NCBI GenBank assembly: GCA_019358915.1 | Contig: JAHHIM010000055.1 | Coordinates: forward strand, 340,904 to 404,903 | Reading direction: 5' to 3' | Length of the DNA stretch: 64,000 nucleotides | From: Trichormus sp. ATA11-4-KO1 | GTDB lineage: Bacteria > Cyanobacteriota > Cyanobacteriia > Cyanobacteriales > Nostocaceae | Shown: piece by piece, positions 51,270-61,236 of the stretch | Numbering within the stretch: the stretch's first letter is position 1 | Layout: every line of letters starts with the position of its first letter | Position numbers and translations under genes: made by a program | Notes under the pieces: model-generated | Seen by the model: the letters and a program-made list of their open reading frames with translations, nothing else | Database searches by the model: none | Told to the model about the DNA's origin: nothing

Positions 51270-51429
51270 GTGCTGAGTGCTGTAAAGCCCTGCGGGCATG
51301 GCTGCGCTTAGAGCGGTAGCGGGGCGTTTAGCCCGTGCTGAGTGCTGTAGACGCTGCTGCGGCTTCCCTCAGGGTGGAGCCAGTGCGTTGGGCAGCTTTG
51401 CTGACTTGTAGCATCTGGCGTTGCTGAGT
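51270..51429. repeat. GTGCTGA heptamer tract interrupted by several GC-rich small dispersed repeats
   Basis: GTGCTGAGTGCTGTA restarts twice; GTAAAGCCCTGCGGGCATGGCTGCGCTTA resembles the insert at about 3413-3439. Confidence 0.7.
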
Positions 51430-51494
51430 AAAATACTAATCCTCAATCCCCTTTTTCGTGTGTTTTGGTGTATGCAGTTCATCAGGGCTACTTA

Positions 51495-52130
51495 TTAGCG
51501 CCAAGATGACAGGCGATCGCGCAAAATTCCCTGAATTGCCTGTTGCACAGATCCTTGACTTAAACTACCGTCCACCCGCACAATTCGAGATGGATAAGCT
51601 GCGGCTAACTCTGCATATCCTTGCTGAACACGCCGATGAAAAGTGATTGTCTCTTGCTCAATGCGGTCTAATCCGGCTTGGTCACCTTTTTTACGGGCTA
51701 GTCCCACTTCTACATCTACATCTAACCAGATAGTTAAGTCGCTTTCCAATCCACCAGTGGCAATATAGTTAAGTTGATTAATTAAACTTATGTTCAAACC
51801 CCGACCATAACCTTGGTAGGCAGTGGTAGAGTCAGTGTAGCGATCGCACAATATATATTTTCCCTCTGCTAAATTTGGTTTGAGCTCTTGTTCCACATGT
51901 TGCGATCGGTCAGCAGCATACAACAATAATTCTGTTACCTCAGCAATTGGTTTATTCTCTACTTTTTCTAGTAACAGGTGGCGAAGATGCAATCCTAGTT
52001 CTGTTCCCCCTGGTTCACGAGTGACAACCACAGAGATACCCAGACTTTGCAACCATTGACAACAAAGCTGCATTTGGCTAGTTTTGCCGCAGCCTTCTAC
52101 CCCTTCAAATACAATTAATTTACCACCCAT
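51495..52130 (-). CDS. tmk: Thymidylate kinase
   Basis: FEGVEGCGKT, TREPGGT, LLYAADR, CDRYTDST.AYQG. Confidence 0.96.
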   Translation of the reverse strand: MGGKLIVFEGVEGCGKTSQMQLCCQWLQSLGISVVVTREPGGTELGLHLRHLLLEKVENKPIAEVTELLLYAADRSQHVEQELKPNLAEGKYILCDRYTDSTTAYQGYGRGLNISLINQLNYIATGGLESDLTIWLDVDVEVGLARKKGDQAGLDRIEQETITFHRRVQQGYAELAAAYPSRIVRVDGSLSQGSVQQAIQGILRDRLSSWR

Positions 52131-53106
52131 GCTTTTTAAGTTGTTTTTAATATACTCATTTGCTGACGTTTGAATTATATTTGACCTCCTCCTCTTTGAG
52201 CATCTGTTTAGTATCCTGTCGCATTAACTAACTTTTGAGGCTGGTGTTTTTAGAGCAAAGTGCTGAGTGCTAAGTATAAATCAGTTGCTTCAACAAGAAA
52301 GGCAGAGGGCATTCGTTTTAAGCCTTTGAGTAATCAAAACTGTCCTAACCTGTGTGACTCCGGCTATATCTTGCGTCAAAATACTGCTTAAAGCAATAAA
52401 TTTCTCAGCAATGTCTAAATTTTATTAATTTTATATACACAAAAAAGCGCTTGAGATTTTTGCCTACTCAAGCACCCTTTTGTACGGATTTATACCAATT
52501 CATTAGTTTGATGCAACATTTAAAATCAGCAATGCTGCTTTAACGAAACGCATTGCCAGAATAACTTGTAACAAGCATTTGGTGAATTAGTAACACTCCT
52601 TGCACTATTTCAATGGTAGCTCTTCTGGAATAAAATTGAACAATTTATTCGTGACAGTTTGTCAACTGACCTTAGTTAAAAATGATTCACTATGAACATT
52701 GCCAAACAGGACAAGGTTAAATAGTAATAATCTTATGTTAAAGTGTAAAATTATACGTTAACTTTTTAGTGATTTACGTAAAATTTAAGTAATATTAATT
52801 ACCATACTAGATGTTGCTTCATTTGTGAATGAAAGTACACTAATTACATAAAAATAGTGGGTTTTATAGAAAGTGTCTAAAATGTTAATCAAAGTTAAAT
52901 AAAAGTATTTCTAGCAGGGAATAAATTTATTTTTCAGGTAAAAGCAAAAGTTTTTGGTCAATTTTACAGGATTATTGTGCTCATGAATAATTAGGCACAA
53001 CTGCACTAAAGACAATTTTTCTGGCGATACGTTCTATTTAATGGATAATTCTACAAACAGTTTGCATTGTAAAATTAGTCCTTTAGTATAGAGGAGGGCA
53101 AGATAG

Positions 53107-54459
53107 ATGACTCGCGTCATCATTGTGCGCCACGGACAAAGCAGCTATAACACCGAGCGGCGAATCCAGGGACGCACCGATGTGTCAAAATTAACAGAAA
53201 AAGGTTGTACTGATGCCAGTAAAGTAGGCAAAGCCCTCAGCAATATTTTATTTAGTGCGATTTATAGTAGTCCCCTCCAACGAGCAAAAAAAACAGCAGA
53301 TATTATCTGTAGTGAGTTGGCAGTTCATTCTCCACAGTCTGCTGTTCCTCAAATTTCCGATAAACTCATAGAAATTGATCTGCCGTTGTGGGCAGAAATG
53401 CTCAGTGCTGATGTCAAGCAGAAGTTTTTTGAAGACTACCGCACTTGGAAAGAACGTCCTCATGAACTGCGGATGCTAGTGAACGATGCCGAGGGGACAA
53501 GAGAACATTTTCCTGTCCTCGCTTTATACAAGCAGGCGCAGCAATTTTGGCAAGAAGTCTTGTCACGTCATCAAGGTGAAACCATCCTCATAGTAGGGCA
53601 TAACGGCATTAATCGTGCCCTCATCAGCACGGCGTTGGGCATTCCTCCAAGTCGCTATCATTGCCTACAACAATCTAACTGCGGCATCACTGTTTTGAAT
53701 TTTGCTGGAGGCTTGGGAGAACCAGTTCAACTAGAATCGATGAATCAGACGCAACACATGGGAGAAATATTTCCCTCTTTGCGACCGAATCATCAGGGCG
53801 TGCGATTATTGTTGGTACGTCACGGAGAAACCGAGTGGAATCGCCAAACCAGATTTCAAGGTCAAATTGACGTTCCCCTCAATGATCATGGTAGGCAACA
53901 GGCGCAAAAAGCTGGTGAATTTCTGCAAGAGGTAGCAATTGACTTTGCTGTTAGTAGCTCAATGCTGCGTCCTAAAGAAACAGCAGAACTGATATTGCGT
54001 CACCATCCTAGTGTAAATTTGGAATTACAAGATGGTTTAAGAGAAATCAGTCACGGACTTTGGGAAGGAAAATTAGAAAGAGAAATAGAGCAAGAATTTC
54101 CAGGAGAATTACAACGTTGGCGGACAGAACCTGCGGCAGTACAAATGCCTGAAGGAGAAAACTTGCAGCAGGTATGGGAGCGTAGCGTCGCAGCTTGGCA
54201 GGAGATTGTGCAAGCAGCATTAACAAATCAACTCAAAACTGGATTGGTAGTAGCTCATGATGCTACTAATAAAACCTTGCTGTGTCATGTTCTGGGTTTA
54301 TCAACAGAAAATTTCTGGCATTTCCGCCAAGGCAATGGAGCAGTCAGTGTGATTGACTATCCTTCTGGATTAAATGGCTTGCCAGTACTGCAAGCAATGA
54401 ACATTACCACTCACTTGGGTGGAGGCGTACTGGATAAAACCGCAGCTGGAGCACTGTAG
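53107..54459 (+). CDS. Tandem-domain histidine phosphatase (phosphoglycerate mutase/phosphoserine phosphatase family)
   Basis: Two RHG motifs (VRHGQS, VRHGET), each followed by a full PGM-like domain. Confidence 0.9.
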   Translation: MTRVIIVRHGQSSYNTERRIQGRTDVSKLTEKGCTDASKVGKALSNILFSAIYSSPLQRAKKTADIICSELAVHSPQSAVPQISDKLIEIDLPLWAEMLSADVKQKFFEDYRTWKERPHELRMLVNDAEGTREHFPVLALYKQAQQFWQEVLSRHQGETILIVGHNGINRALISTALGIPPSRYHCLQQSNCGITVLNFAGGLGEPVQLESMNQTQHMGEIFPSLRPNHQGVRLLLVRHGETEWNRQTRFQGQIDVPLNDHGRQQAQKAGEFLQEVAIDFAVSSSMLRPKETAELILRHHPSVNLELQDGLREISHGLWEGKLEREIEQEFPGELQRWRTEPAAVQMPEGENLQQVWERSVAAWQEIVQAALTNQLKTGLVVAHDATNKTLLCHVLGLSTENFWHFRQGNGAVSVIDYPSGLNGLPVLQAMNITTHLGGGVLDKTAAGAL

Positions 54460-54624
54460 AAAAGTTAGGAGTGAAAAAGCAAACGTAAATAACTTAAAAC
54501 CTTTAATTCATTGACTTTCAACTCTTAACTCATTAAACCTCATGCAAAAGTCAATTTGATGGCAATAAAACCACAGATAAGTTTAGCGTTTATCTGTGGT
54601 TCTAAATAAAAATTTTAAACTTTT

Positions 54625-55911
54625 ATGATTGAACTGCTACAACAAGTACGAATAATTGATCCAGGTTCGGGAATTGACCAAATAGCTGATGTGCTAATTG
54701 TTAATGGTGAAATTCAAGCCGTTGCTACACAAATTTCTGAGATTAGTTCTGATACTCAAATTAAAGATTGTCGGGGTTTAGTTTTAGGAAATGGTTTAGT
54801 AGATTTGTATAGTCATTCCGGCGAACCAGGATTTGAAGGACGGGAAACTTTGTTGTCTCTATTACAAGCTGCTGCGGTTGGTGGCTTTACTAGAATTAGC
54901 ATTTTACCGGATACATCACCTGCTATTGATCATCCGGCACTTGTAGTACAGTTGCAGAAGAAGGTAGAGGCGCAGAGGCGCAGAGGCGCAGAGAAGAGTT
55001 GGCATTTTTCTTTTCCCCATCTGTATGTTTGGGGTGCAATTACTTTGGATGTGGCGGGAAAGCAACTGACAGAATTAGCAGATTTGGCGACTGCGAGAGT
55101 TGTTGGTTTTACCGATGGGAAACCTTGGGAAAATTTAGGGTTAGTGCGGCGTGTGTTGGAATATCTGCAACCTGTAGGTAAACCCGTAGCCTTTTGGCCA
55201 AGCGATCGCCTATTATCTGCCAATGGAGTTATGCGCGAAGGTGCAGAAGCGCTGCGTCTCGGTTTACCCCCCATACCCGCCAGCGCCGAAACCACTGCGA
55301 TCGCCTCTTTGATAGAATTGGTAGCTTCCACAGGTACACCAGTACATATCATGCGGGTATCTACAGCCCGGAGTGTAGAACTCATCGCCTCAGCTAAAGC
55401 GGCTGGTTTACCCATCACCGCCAGTGCTACTTGGATGCATTTGTTACTAGATACCAAAGCCATTAAAAGTTACAACACCAGCTTGCATTTAGAACCACCC
55501 TTGGGTAATGCTAGTGATGTAGTGGCGTTACGTGCTGGGGTCAAACAGGGAATTATCGATGCGATCGCCATTGACCATGCACCCCACACCTACGAAGAAA
55601 AAGTCCAAGCCTTTGCCGAATCATTACCAGGAGCGATCGGTTTAGAATTAGCATTACCTTTACTGTGGCAAAACCTTGTTGAAACTGGGGAATTTACAGC
55701 TTTGGAATTATGGCAGGCTTTAAGCACCAACCCAGCCAAATGTTTAGGGCAGAAATTGAGTACAATTACTCCTAATCAACCAGCAGAATTAGCTTTATTT
55801 AATCCCCAAGAAACCTGGAAAATTGCACAGAAAAACCTGCATACACTTTCTAGTAATACACCCTGGCTAGGACAAGAAATCAAAGGTCGTGTATTACAAA
55901 CTTGGTGTTAG
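54625..55911 (+). CDS. Dihydroorotase-like protein (probably inactive PyrC')
   Basis: GLVDLYSHSGEPG, AAAVGGFT, IAIDHAPH, SNTPWLGQEIKGRV. Confidence 0.85.
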   Translation: MIELLQQVRIIDPGSGIDQIADVLIVNGEIQAVATQISEISSDTQIKDCRGLVLGNGLVDLYSHSGEPGFEGRETLLSLLQAAAVGGFTRISILPDTSPAIDHPALVVQLQKKVEAQRRRGAEKSWHFSFPHLYVWGAITLDVAGKQLTELADLATARVVGFTDGKPWENLGLVRRVLEYLQPVGKPVAFWPSDRLLSANGVMREGAEALRLGLPPIPASAETTAIASLIELVASTGTPVHIMRVSTARSVELIASAKAAGLPITASATWMHLLLDTKAIKSYNTSLHLEPPLGNASDVVALRAGVKQGIIDAIAIDHAPHTYEEKVQAFAESLPGAIGLELALPLLWQNLVETGEFTALELWQALSTNPAKCLGQKLSTITPNQPAELALFNPQETWKIAQKNLHTLSSNTPWLGQEIKGRVLQTWC

Positions 55912-55974
55912 TTGCCAAAAAACAAATTAAACCTTTAAATATTTATGCCGTCCTACTTACAGGGAAGTTAGATA

Positions 55975-56610
55975 ATGACAATTCTCAACGCTAGTAATTT
56001 ATCTCTAGAAGATGTTCAGCGTCTGTTTGGCTTTCAAGAACAGTACAGTGAATCATTTTCTCCTCTGTTAGCCCTGGAACCTCTCACAGAAGTAGAACAA
56101 CATGAACTTCTGCAAATTAGAGATGACTTTCGACGCTATCTTAAATCTGGCAAAGTTTCGGAAGGACAGGTCAAATTTCTTGTACTTGCACCCTTAATGA
56201 GATTAGCTGGATTTTATCGCTATCCTATCGAGATTCGCCTAGAAGAAGATATTGCTGAGATTGAAGTTGAAGATGAAGATACTACAATTAAAGGCAGGAT
56301 GGATATTTTAGCTGTTAGTAAAGCTAAACATACCCAATCTCAAGTATATTTTTGGATACTTTTAATTGAATCAAAAAATAGTCAAATTGATATATTGACA
56401 GGCTTACCTCAATTACTCACCTACGCTTATAAAAGTTTAAATAATCAAAAATCTGTTTGGGGTCTAACCACTAACGGTAGAGCTTATCAGTTTGTTTATA
56501 TTGAACAAGGTAATCCTCCTATTTATCACTTGATGCCATTATTAAATTTTATGGAACCTCCCCGTGCAGTTGAATTATTACAAGTTTTCAAATCTATTTG
56601 TCAGATATAG
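55975..56610 (+). CDS. Stand-alone PD-(D/E)XK nuclease-like protein (HsdR N-terminal-like)
   Basis: SEGQVK..LAPL, GRMDIL, LIESK, QLLTY, GLTTNG..YQF. Confidence 0.8.
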   Translation: MTILNASNLSLEDVQRLFGFQEQYSESFSPLLALEPLTEVEQHELLQIRDDFRRYLKSGKVSEGQVKFLVLAPLMRLAGFYRYPIEIRLEEDIAEIEVEDEDTTIKGRMDILAVSKAKHTQSQVYFWILLIESKNSQIDILTGLPQLLTYAYKSLNNQKSVWGLTTNGRAYQFVYIEQGNPPIYHLMPLLNFMEPPRAVELLQVFKSICQI

Positions 56611-56636
56611 CAATCCTAAATAAGTTACGAATAAAA

Positions 56637-56669
56637 AGATCCCCGGCTTCTTTAAGAAGCCGGGGATCT
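56637..56669. repeat. Perfect 16-bp-arm palindrome (repeat or terminator) within a MITE-like remnant
   Basis: AGATCCCCGGCTTCTT-T-AAGAAGCCGGGGATCT between convergent genes. Confidence 0.75.
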
Positions 56670-56805
56670 GGGACTCTGAAAGTTTATAAATAAAATAGTA
56701 TTTTAGCAATAAATAGTAGAGGATTTTGTAAAAAATATCGCCCGAACTCCTCTCCGCGCGTCTGCGCCTCTGCGTGCAATAAACACCTCTTTCCCCTCAG
56801 TAACC

Positions 56806-58344
56806 CTAAAACTTTAAACCATCCAATAACTCCCCCATTTCCTGCAAATTGACCAAACTATTAGCACACAAAATCCCAGAAGCAGCTACCGCAGGTACTC
56901 CAATTCCCGGCATAGTACTATCACCCACACGATACAAACCTTTTATTGGCGTTTGTGTACTAGGAAACATCCCCTTACCAGCAGCTATGGCAGGGCCATA
57001 AGTTCCCTGATATCTTCTGAGATAATGGGCATGAGTTAGAGGTGTGCCAATAAGTTCTAATTCCACACGCTCCCGAATATCGGGAATCACTTTTTCTAAA
57101 GCACGATATAAAGTTTGCGCTTTCTCTTGTTTCTTTTCTTCATACCCATCATTTCGTTCCCACCCAGCAAAAGTTTCCAGAGTGTAAGCATGAACCACAT
57201 GATGTCCCTCTGGTGCTAAAGTCGCATCCCACACACTGGGAATGGAAATCATGCAAGTATTACCTGGTACGGTGATATCTTGACTAGAATCATGAACTAC
57301 TACATGATGTCCCGTTAAATTCTCTAACCCTGTTGCCCGGATACCTAAGTGTAAATGCATAAAACTTTCTATTGCTGGCATATCTAATGCAGCTTGACGG
57401 TAAGATGCAGGTAAATCTTCAGGGCGTAACAAATGATTGTAGGTATCCCAAATTGACGCGTTGGAAATTACGATGGGTGCTGGGATAATTTCACCTGTTT
57501 GTAACCGTACTCCTACAGCCTTACCCGATTCCACCAAAATCTGCTCAACATGACACCCCAAACGTAACTTACCACCCCAACGTTCTAAACCCCGCACCAA
57601 GGCTTTCACCAGCGCCCCACTGCCTCCCACAGGATATTCAACTCCAGCACGGGAGCGTTCACCTAACATAAAAGCTACCTCTGGGGCGATTGTCCCGTGT
57701 GCCTTTAAACCAGAGAGTAAAAAGCATTCTAAGTCAATTAGCCGACGTACCCAAGCATCTTTTACTGTAGTATCCATCACATCCCCAACAGAAGCCTGAA
57801 CAAGCGGCAAATAAGGCAGCATTTTGACTAGATATGGGAAGTAACGTTTCATCAACATCAACATTACCTGCCAATCTGCTCTCAAAGCCAAAGTAGGAAT
57901 ACCTTTCATCGCCTCATATAGCCCTAACAAACGTTCTTCAAATTGCTGGAGTTCCTCAGCACCTTGGGGCGTAAGTCCTAGTACCTCATGACGGTACTTT
58001 TCAGTATTGCTATAAACTGCAAAAATGGCTTCAGGAAAGTGGTAGTGTCCTAATGGATCATAGGGTATAACTTGGAGGGACTCACCTAAAACATCAAGAA
58101 CTTGTTTTACAGGATTCAAGCTCTGGGTTGCTGTCAAACCACAATAAAATGAGGGGCCAGAATCAAATTCAAATCCCCGTCGTCTAAAACTGTGGGCTGC
58201 ACCGCCGGGAATTGTATGACTTTCACAAACAATCACCCGCTTACCATAACGAGCCAGTAAACCAGCAGCACATAATCCGCCAATACCGCTACCAATAACG
58301 ATGACATCACTTTGAGAGTGCTGAGTGCTGAGTGTTGAGTTCAT
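56806..58344 (-). CDS. FAD-dependent oxidoreductase, phytoene desaturase/carotenoid isomerase family
   Basis: IGSGIGG, E..PGG..FEFDSGPS, GTPLTH, GLYRVGDSTMPGIGVP. Confidence 0.88.
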   Translation of the reverse strand: MNSTLSTQHSQSDVIVIGSGIGGLCAAGLLARYGKRVIVCESHTIPGGAAHSFRRRGFEFDSGPSFYCGLTATQSLNPVKQVLDVLGESLQVIPYDPLGHYHFPEAIFAVYSNTEKYRHEVLGLTPQGAEELQQFEERLLGLYEAMKGIPTLALRADWQVMLMLMKRYFPYLVKMLPYLPLVQASVGDVMDTTVKDAWVRRLIDLECFLLSGLKAHGTIAPEVAFMLGERSRAGVEYPVGGSGALVKALVRGLERWGGKLRLGCHVEQILVESGKAVGVRLQTGEIIPAPIVISNASIWDTYNHLLRPEDLPASYRQAALDMPAIESFMHLHLGIRATGLENLTGHHVVVHDSSQDITVPGNTCMISIPSVWDATLAPEGHHVVHAYTLETFAGWERNDGYEEKKQEKAQTLYRALEKVIPDIRERVELELIGTPLTHAHYLRRYQGTYGPAIAAGKGMFPSTQTPIKGLYRVGDSTMPGIGVPAVAASGILCANSLVNLQEMGELLDGLKF

Positions 58345-58351
58345 ATTTTAT

Positions 58352-58390
58352 TGACCAATGACCAATGACCAATGACTAATGACTAATGAC
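58352..58390. repeat. Heptamer tandem repeat TGAC(C/T)AA x5
   Basis: Fills nearly the whole divergent intergenic gap. Confidence 0.85.
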
Positions 58391-59168
58391 TGAACCATTA
58401 ATTGAACTGAAAGGCATTTCTAAGTCCTTTGGTAGCAATCAAGTTTTAGATAACGTGGACTTGACAATTTACCGGGGAGAAGCAGTAGGAATTATTGGGC
58501 CTTCAGGGACTGGTAAATCGACAATTTTAAGGATTATTGCCGGCTTAATGACTCCCGATACAGGAGAAATTTATGTCCAAGGACAACGGCGAGACGGGTT
58601 GATTGAGGATAATGCTGATCCCATAGGCATTGGTATGGTATTTCAGCAGGCAGCATTATTTGATTCGTTGACAGTAGATGAAAATGTAGGTTTTTTACTG
58701 TATCAACATTCCAAGATACCGCGATCGCGCATTCGTGAACTAGTCAAAGAAAAATTAGAAATGGTTGGTTTGTCGGGAATCGGCCATCTCTACCCATCTG
58801 AACTTTCGGGAGGAATGCGAAAACGGGTAAGTTTTGCCCGTGCAATTATTTCTAATCCTGATAGTCCCACAGAAGGCCCGGAAGTTTTACTATACGATGA
58901 ACCAACAGCCGGACTTGACCCCATCGCCTCAACAGTGATAGAAGATTTAATTCGTCAATTGCAAATCACACAGGGAGTCTGTAGTACGTATGCCATTGTT
59001 ACGCACCAAGATAGTACCATTCGGCGCACAGCTGATAGACTTGTGTTTCTCTATCAAGGTAAAGTGCAGTGGCAAGGTACAGTTAGTGACATAGATAGTA
59101 CAGAGCATCCCTTGATTAGACAATTTATCAGTGGAAGTGTGGAAGGCCCAATTCAGGTAGCTGGCTAG
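58386..59168 (+). CDS. MlaF/TGD3-like ABC transporter ATPase
   Basis: GPSGTGKS, FQQAALFDSLTV, LSGGMRKRV, YDEPTAGLDP; adjacent to MlaD. Confidence 0.9.
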   Translation: MTEPLIELKGISKSFGSNQVLDNVDLTIYRGEAVGIIGPSGTGKSTILRIIAGLMTPDTGEIYVQGQRRDGLIEDNADPIGIGMVFQQAALFDSLTVDENVGFLLYQHSKIPRSRIRELVKEKLEMVGLSGIGHLYPSELSGGMRKRVSFARAIISNPDSPTEGPEVLLYDEPTAGLDPIASTVIEDLIRQLQITQGVCSTYAIVTHQDSTIRRTADRLVFLYQGKVQWQGTVSDIDSTEHPLIRQFISGSVEGPIQVAG

Positions 59169-59185
59169 GTGGCTGGAGGAAAAAC

Positions 59186-60664
59186 ATGCGAGATATCATT
59201 ACAAACCGCTTTGCATCTAGACGTACATTAAGAGAAGGTTCAGTGGGGTTGTTGATCCTACTGGGATTGGGCGCATTTGTCATGATTGTTCTGTGGTTGA
59301 ATAGATTTACTACTGCTAGCAGTTCATACAAATTTATTGTGGAATTTTCTAACGCTGGCGGTATGCAAAAAGGCGCACCAGTTCGTTATCGTGGCGTCAA
59401 AGTAGGCAATATTTCTAGAGTACAACCGAGGCCAAATGCCATAGAGGTGGAAATCGAAATTGCTCCAGCTGACTTGATCATCCCCCGTGATGTGGTAATT
59501 GAAGCCAATCAGAGTGGATTAATTAGCGAAAGTATCATTGACATTACACCAAAAAGGTCTTTACCTACTGGGGTTACTGTTGCTAAACCTTTAGAAAATA
59601 ATTGTGATAATAGCCTCGTTGTTTGTAATGGTTCTCGATTAAAAGGTCAGATTGGTATCAGCATTGATGAACTGATTCGTAGTTCAACTAATTTTGCCAA
59701 TGCATATAATGACCCAAAATTTTATCAAAGACTAAATCAACTTTTGGAAAGCTCAACAGAGGCAGCTTCTAGTGTTGCTTCTCTTAGCCAAGATGTACAA
59801 AGTTTGAGCAAAAGCTTCCAAAAACAACTAGGCACATTTTCCGCCACTGCTAATTCAGTGCAACGAGCCACAAATCAACTAACTGCATCCACCACTAAAA
59901 CAGTAGATCAATTAGGTGTAACTGCGGGTGAATTTAGTTCCACAGCCAGTAAAGCTAATCGTCTTTTGAATAACCTAGATGATTTGGTAACAACCAATCG
60001 TTCTATGCTAGTTGGGGCTTTGAACAACATCACCGAAACTAGCAACCAATTACGCGTTACAGTTAGCAGCCTATCACCTACTGTCAATCGTTTAACCCAA
60101 GGCGAATTACTCAACAATTTAGAAGCACTTTCGGCAAACGCAGCGCAAGCCTCAGCTAATTTACGTGACGCCTCGAAAACCCTAAATGATCCTCAGAACC
60201 TAGTGCTAATGCAACAAACTTTAGATTCAGCACGGGTGACATTTGAAAATACCCAAAAAATTACATCTGATTTGGATGAATTGACAGGAGATCCTGCTTT
60301 CCGACAAAATCTGCGACAGTTGGTAAATGGTTTAAGTGGTTTGGTGTCTTCTACAGAACAGATGCAGGAACAAGTGAAGGTGGCTGCTACTTTAGACTCA
60401 GTAAAAGCTGCTGTTAGCAATCCTATTGTTAACAAACCCACTGTTAATCGACCTATTGCCAAAAAAACTGATAATGTGATTACAACTCCAAACCCAAAGC
60501 AACAGGCTTTAACCATTAAACCCTCACCTACTGCTGTGAATATATTTGAACCAAATCCTCAACCAAAAGCTATTCCAGCAATTACCGAATCATCTCAAGA
60601 AAAGCTATTAAAGCAGCTGCGGGAGTATGGGGAAGAGCGGAAGGTGAATGAAGGTGAAGAGTAG
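59186..60664 (+). CDS. MlaD/MCE-family protein (TGD2-like)
   Basis: TM anchor, AGGMQKGAPVRYRGVKVG MCE motif, long helical region. Confidence 0.9.
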   Translation: MRDIITNRFASRRTLREGSVGLLILLGLGAFVMIVLWLNRFTTASSSYKFIVEFSNAGGMQKGAPVRYRGVKVGNISRVQPRPNAIEVEIEIAPADLIIPRDVVIEANQSGLISESIIDITPKRSLPTGVTVAKPLENNCDNSLVVCNGSRLKGQIGISIDELIRSSTNFANAYNDPKFYQRLNQLLESSTEAASSVASLSQDVQSLSKSFQKQLGTFSATANSVQRATNQLTASTTKTVDQLGVTAGEFSSTASKANRLLNNLDDLVTTNRSMLVGALNNITETSNQLRVTVSSLSPTVNRLTQGELLNNLEALSANAAQASANLRDASKTLNDPQNLVLMQQTLDSARVTFENTQKITSDLDELTGDPAFRQNLRQLVNGLSGLVSSTEQMQEQVKVAATLDSVKAAVSNPIVNKPTVNRPIAKKTDNVITTPNPKQQALTIKPSPTAVNIFEPNPQPKAIPAITESSQEKLLKQLREYGEERKVNEGEE

Positions 60665-60707
60665 GGATATGAAGGGGAATTTCTACCTAGTTCCCAATCC
60701 CCAATCC

Positions 60708-61004
60708 CTAATTCCAATCTTGTTCTTCTTTTTTGCCGCGACTTTTATAAATTCCCCCAATATCGTGCATCTGGCGAGTTTTCTCAAAAAGTTCGGCTTC
60801 CGTCAAACCCCACTGCTGCAAGACTTTATCTAGGTCTTTTTGGATGTCTCTCGCTCCGGGAAAACCTTGATAACGAATTCGCAATCTAGCCAATTCTGCC
60901 AAATTGTACTCCGTTGCCTCTTGAGCGAGTAAAATATCAATAGAGGGGCGATCGCGGTTGTAAAGCGGATGTTGTTGGTCCTTACTTCCGTGTAATTCAG
61001 ACAT
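60708..61004 (-). CDS. DUF3288-like protein
   Basis: QQHP...DR, LAELARLRIRYQGFPGARDIQ, WGLTEAEL. Confidence 0.8.
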   Translation of the reverse strand: MSELHGSKDQQHPLYNRDRPSIDILLAQEATEYNLAELARLRIRYQGFPGARDIQKDLDKVLQQWGLTEAELFEKTRQMHDIGGIYKSRGKKEEQDWN

Positions 61005-61236
61005 AATTTATACCTTGAGTCGGATTACTAATTCATCCAAAATCTAGAGTGCAGAGCCTTGCCGTTGCGCCATAATTAACGGAGACGGCAACCACACCTG
61101 AGCTCATACGGCTCTCACCACTGCCATTCAACTTTAAATAAAGATACATTGTCTTTAAGAAAATACAAAAAAGTTTAAACAAGGGTGAAATTTTAATTCA
61201 TCCAAAGTCCAAGCAGCAAGGGAGCAAGAACCCGCT

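Noticed and set aside
54930..55463. 177-aa antisense ORF and the many other shadow ORFs in the track
   Set aside because: They lie opposite or within well-supported genes and have no family motifs
61059..61092. Imperfect hairpin TTGCCGT...ACGGCAA upstream of clpC as a riboswitch or thermometer
   Set aside because: No match to a motif I recognise, and far from the RBS
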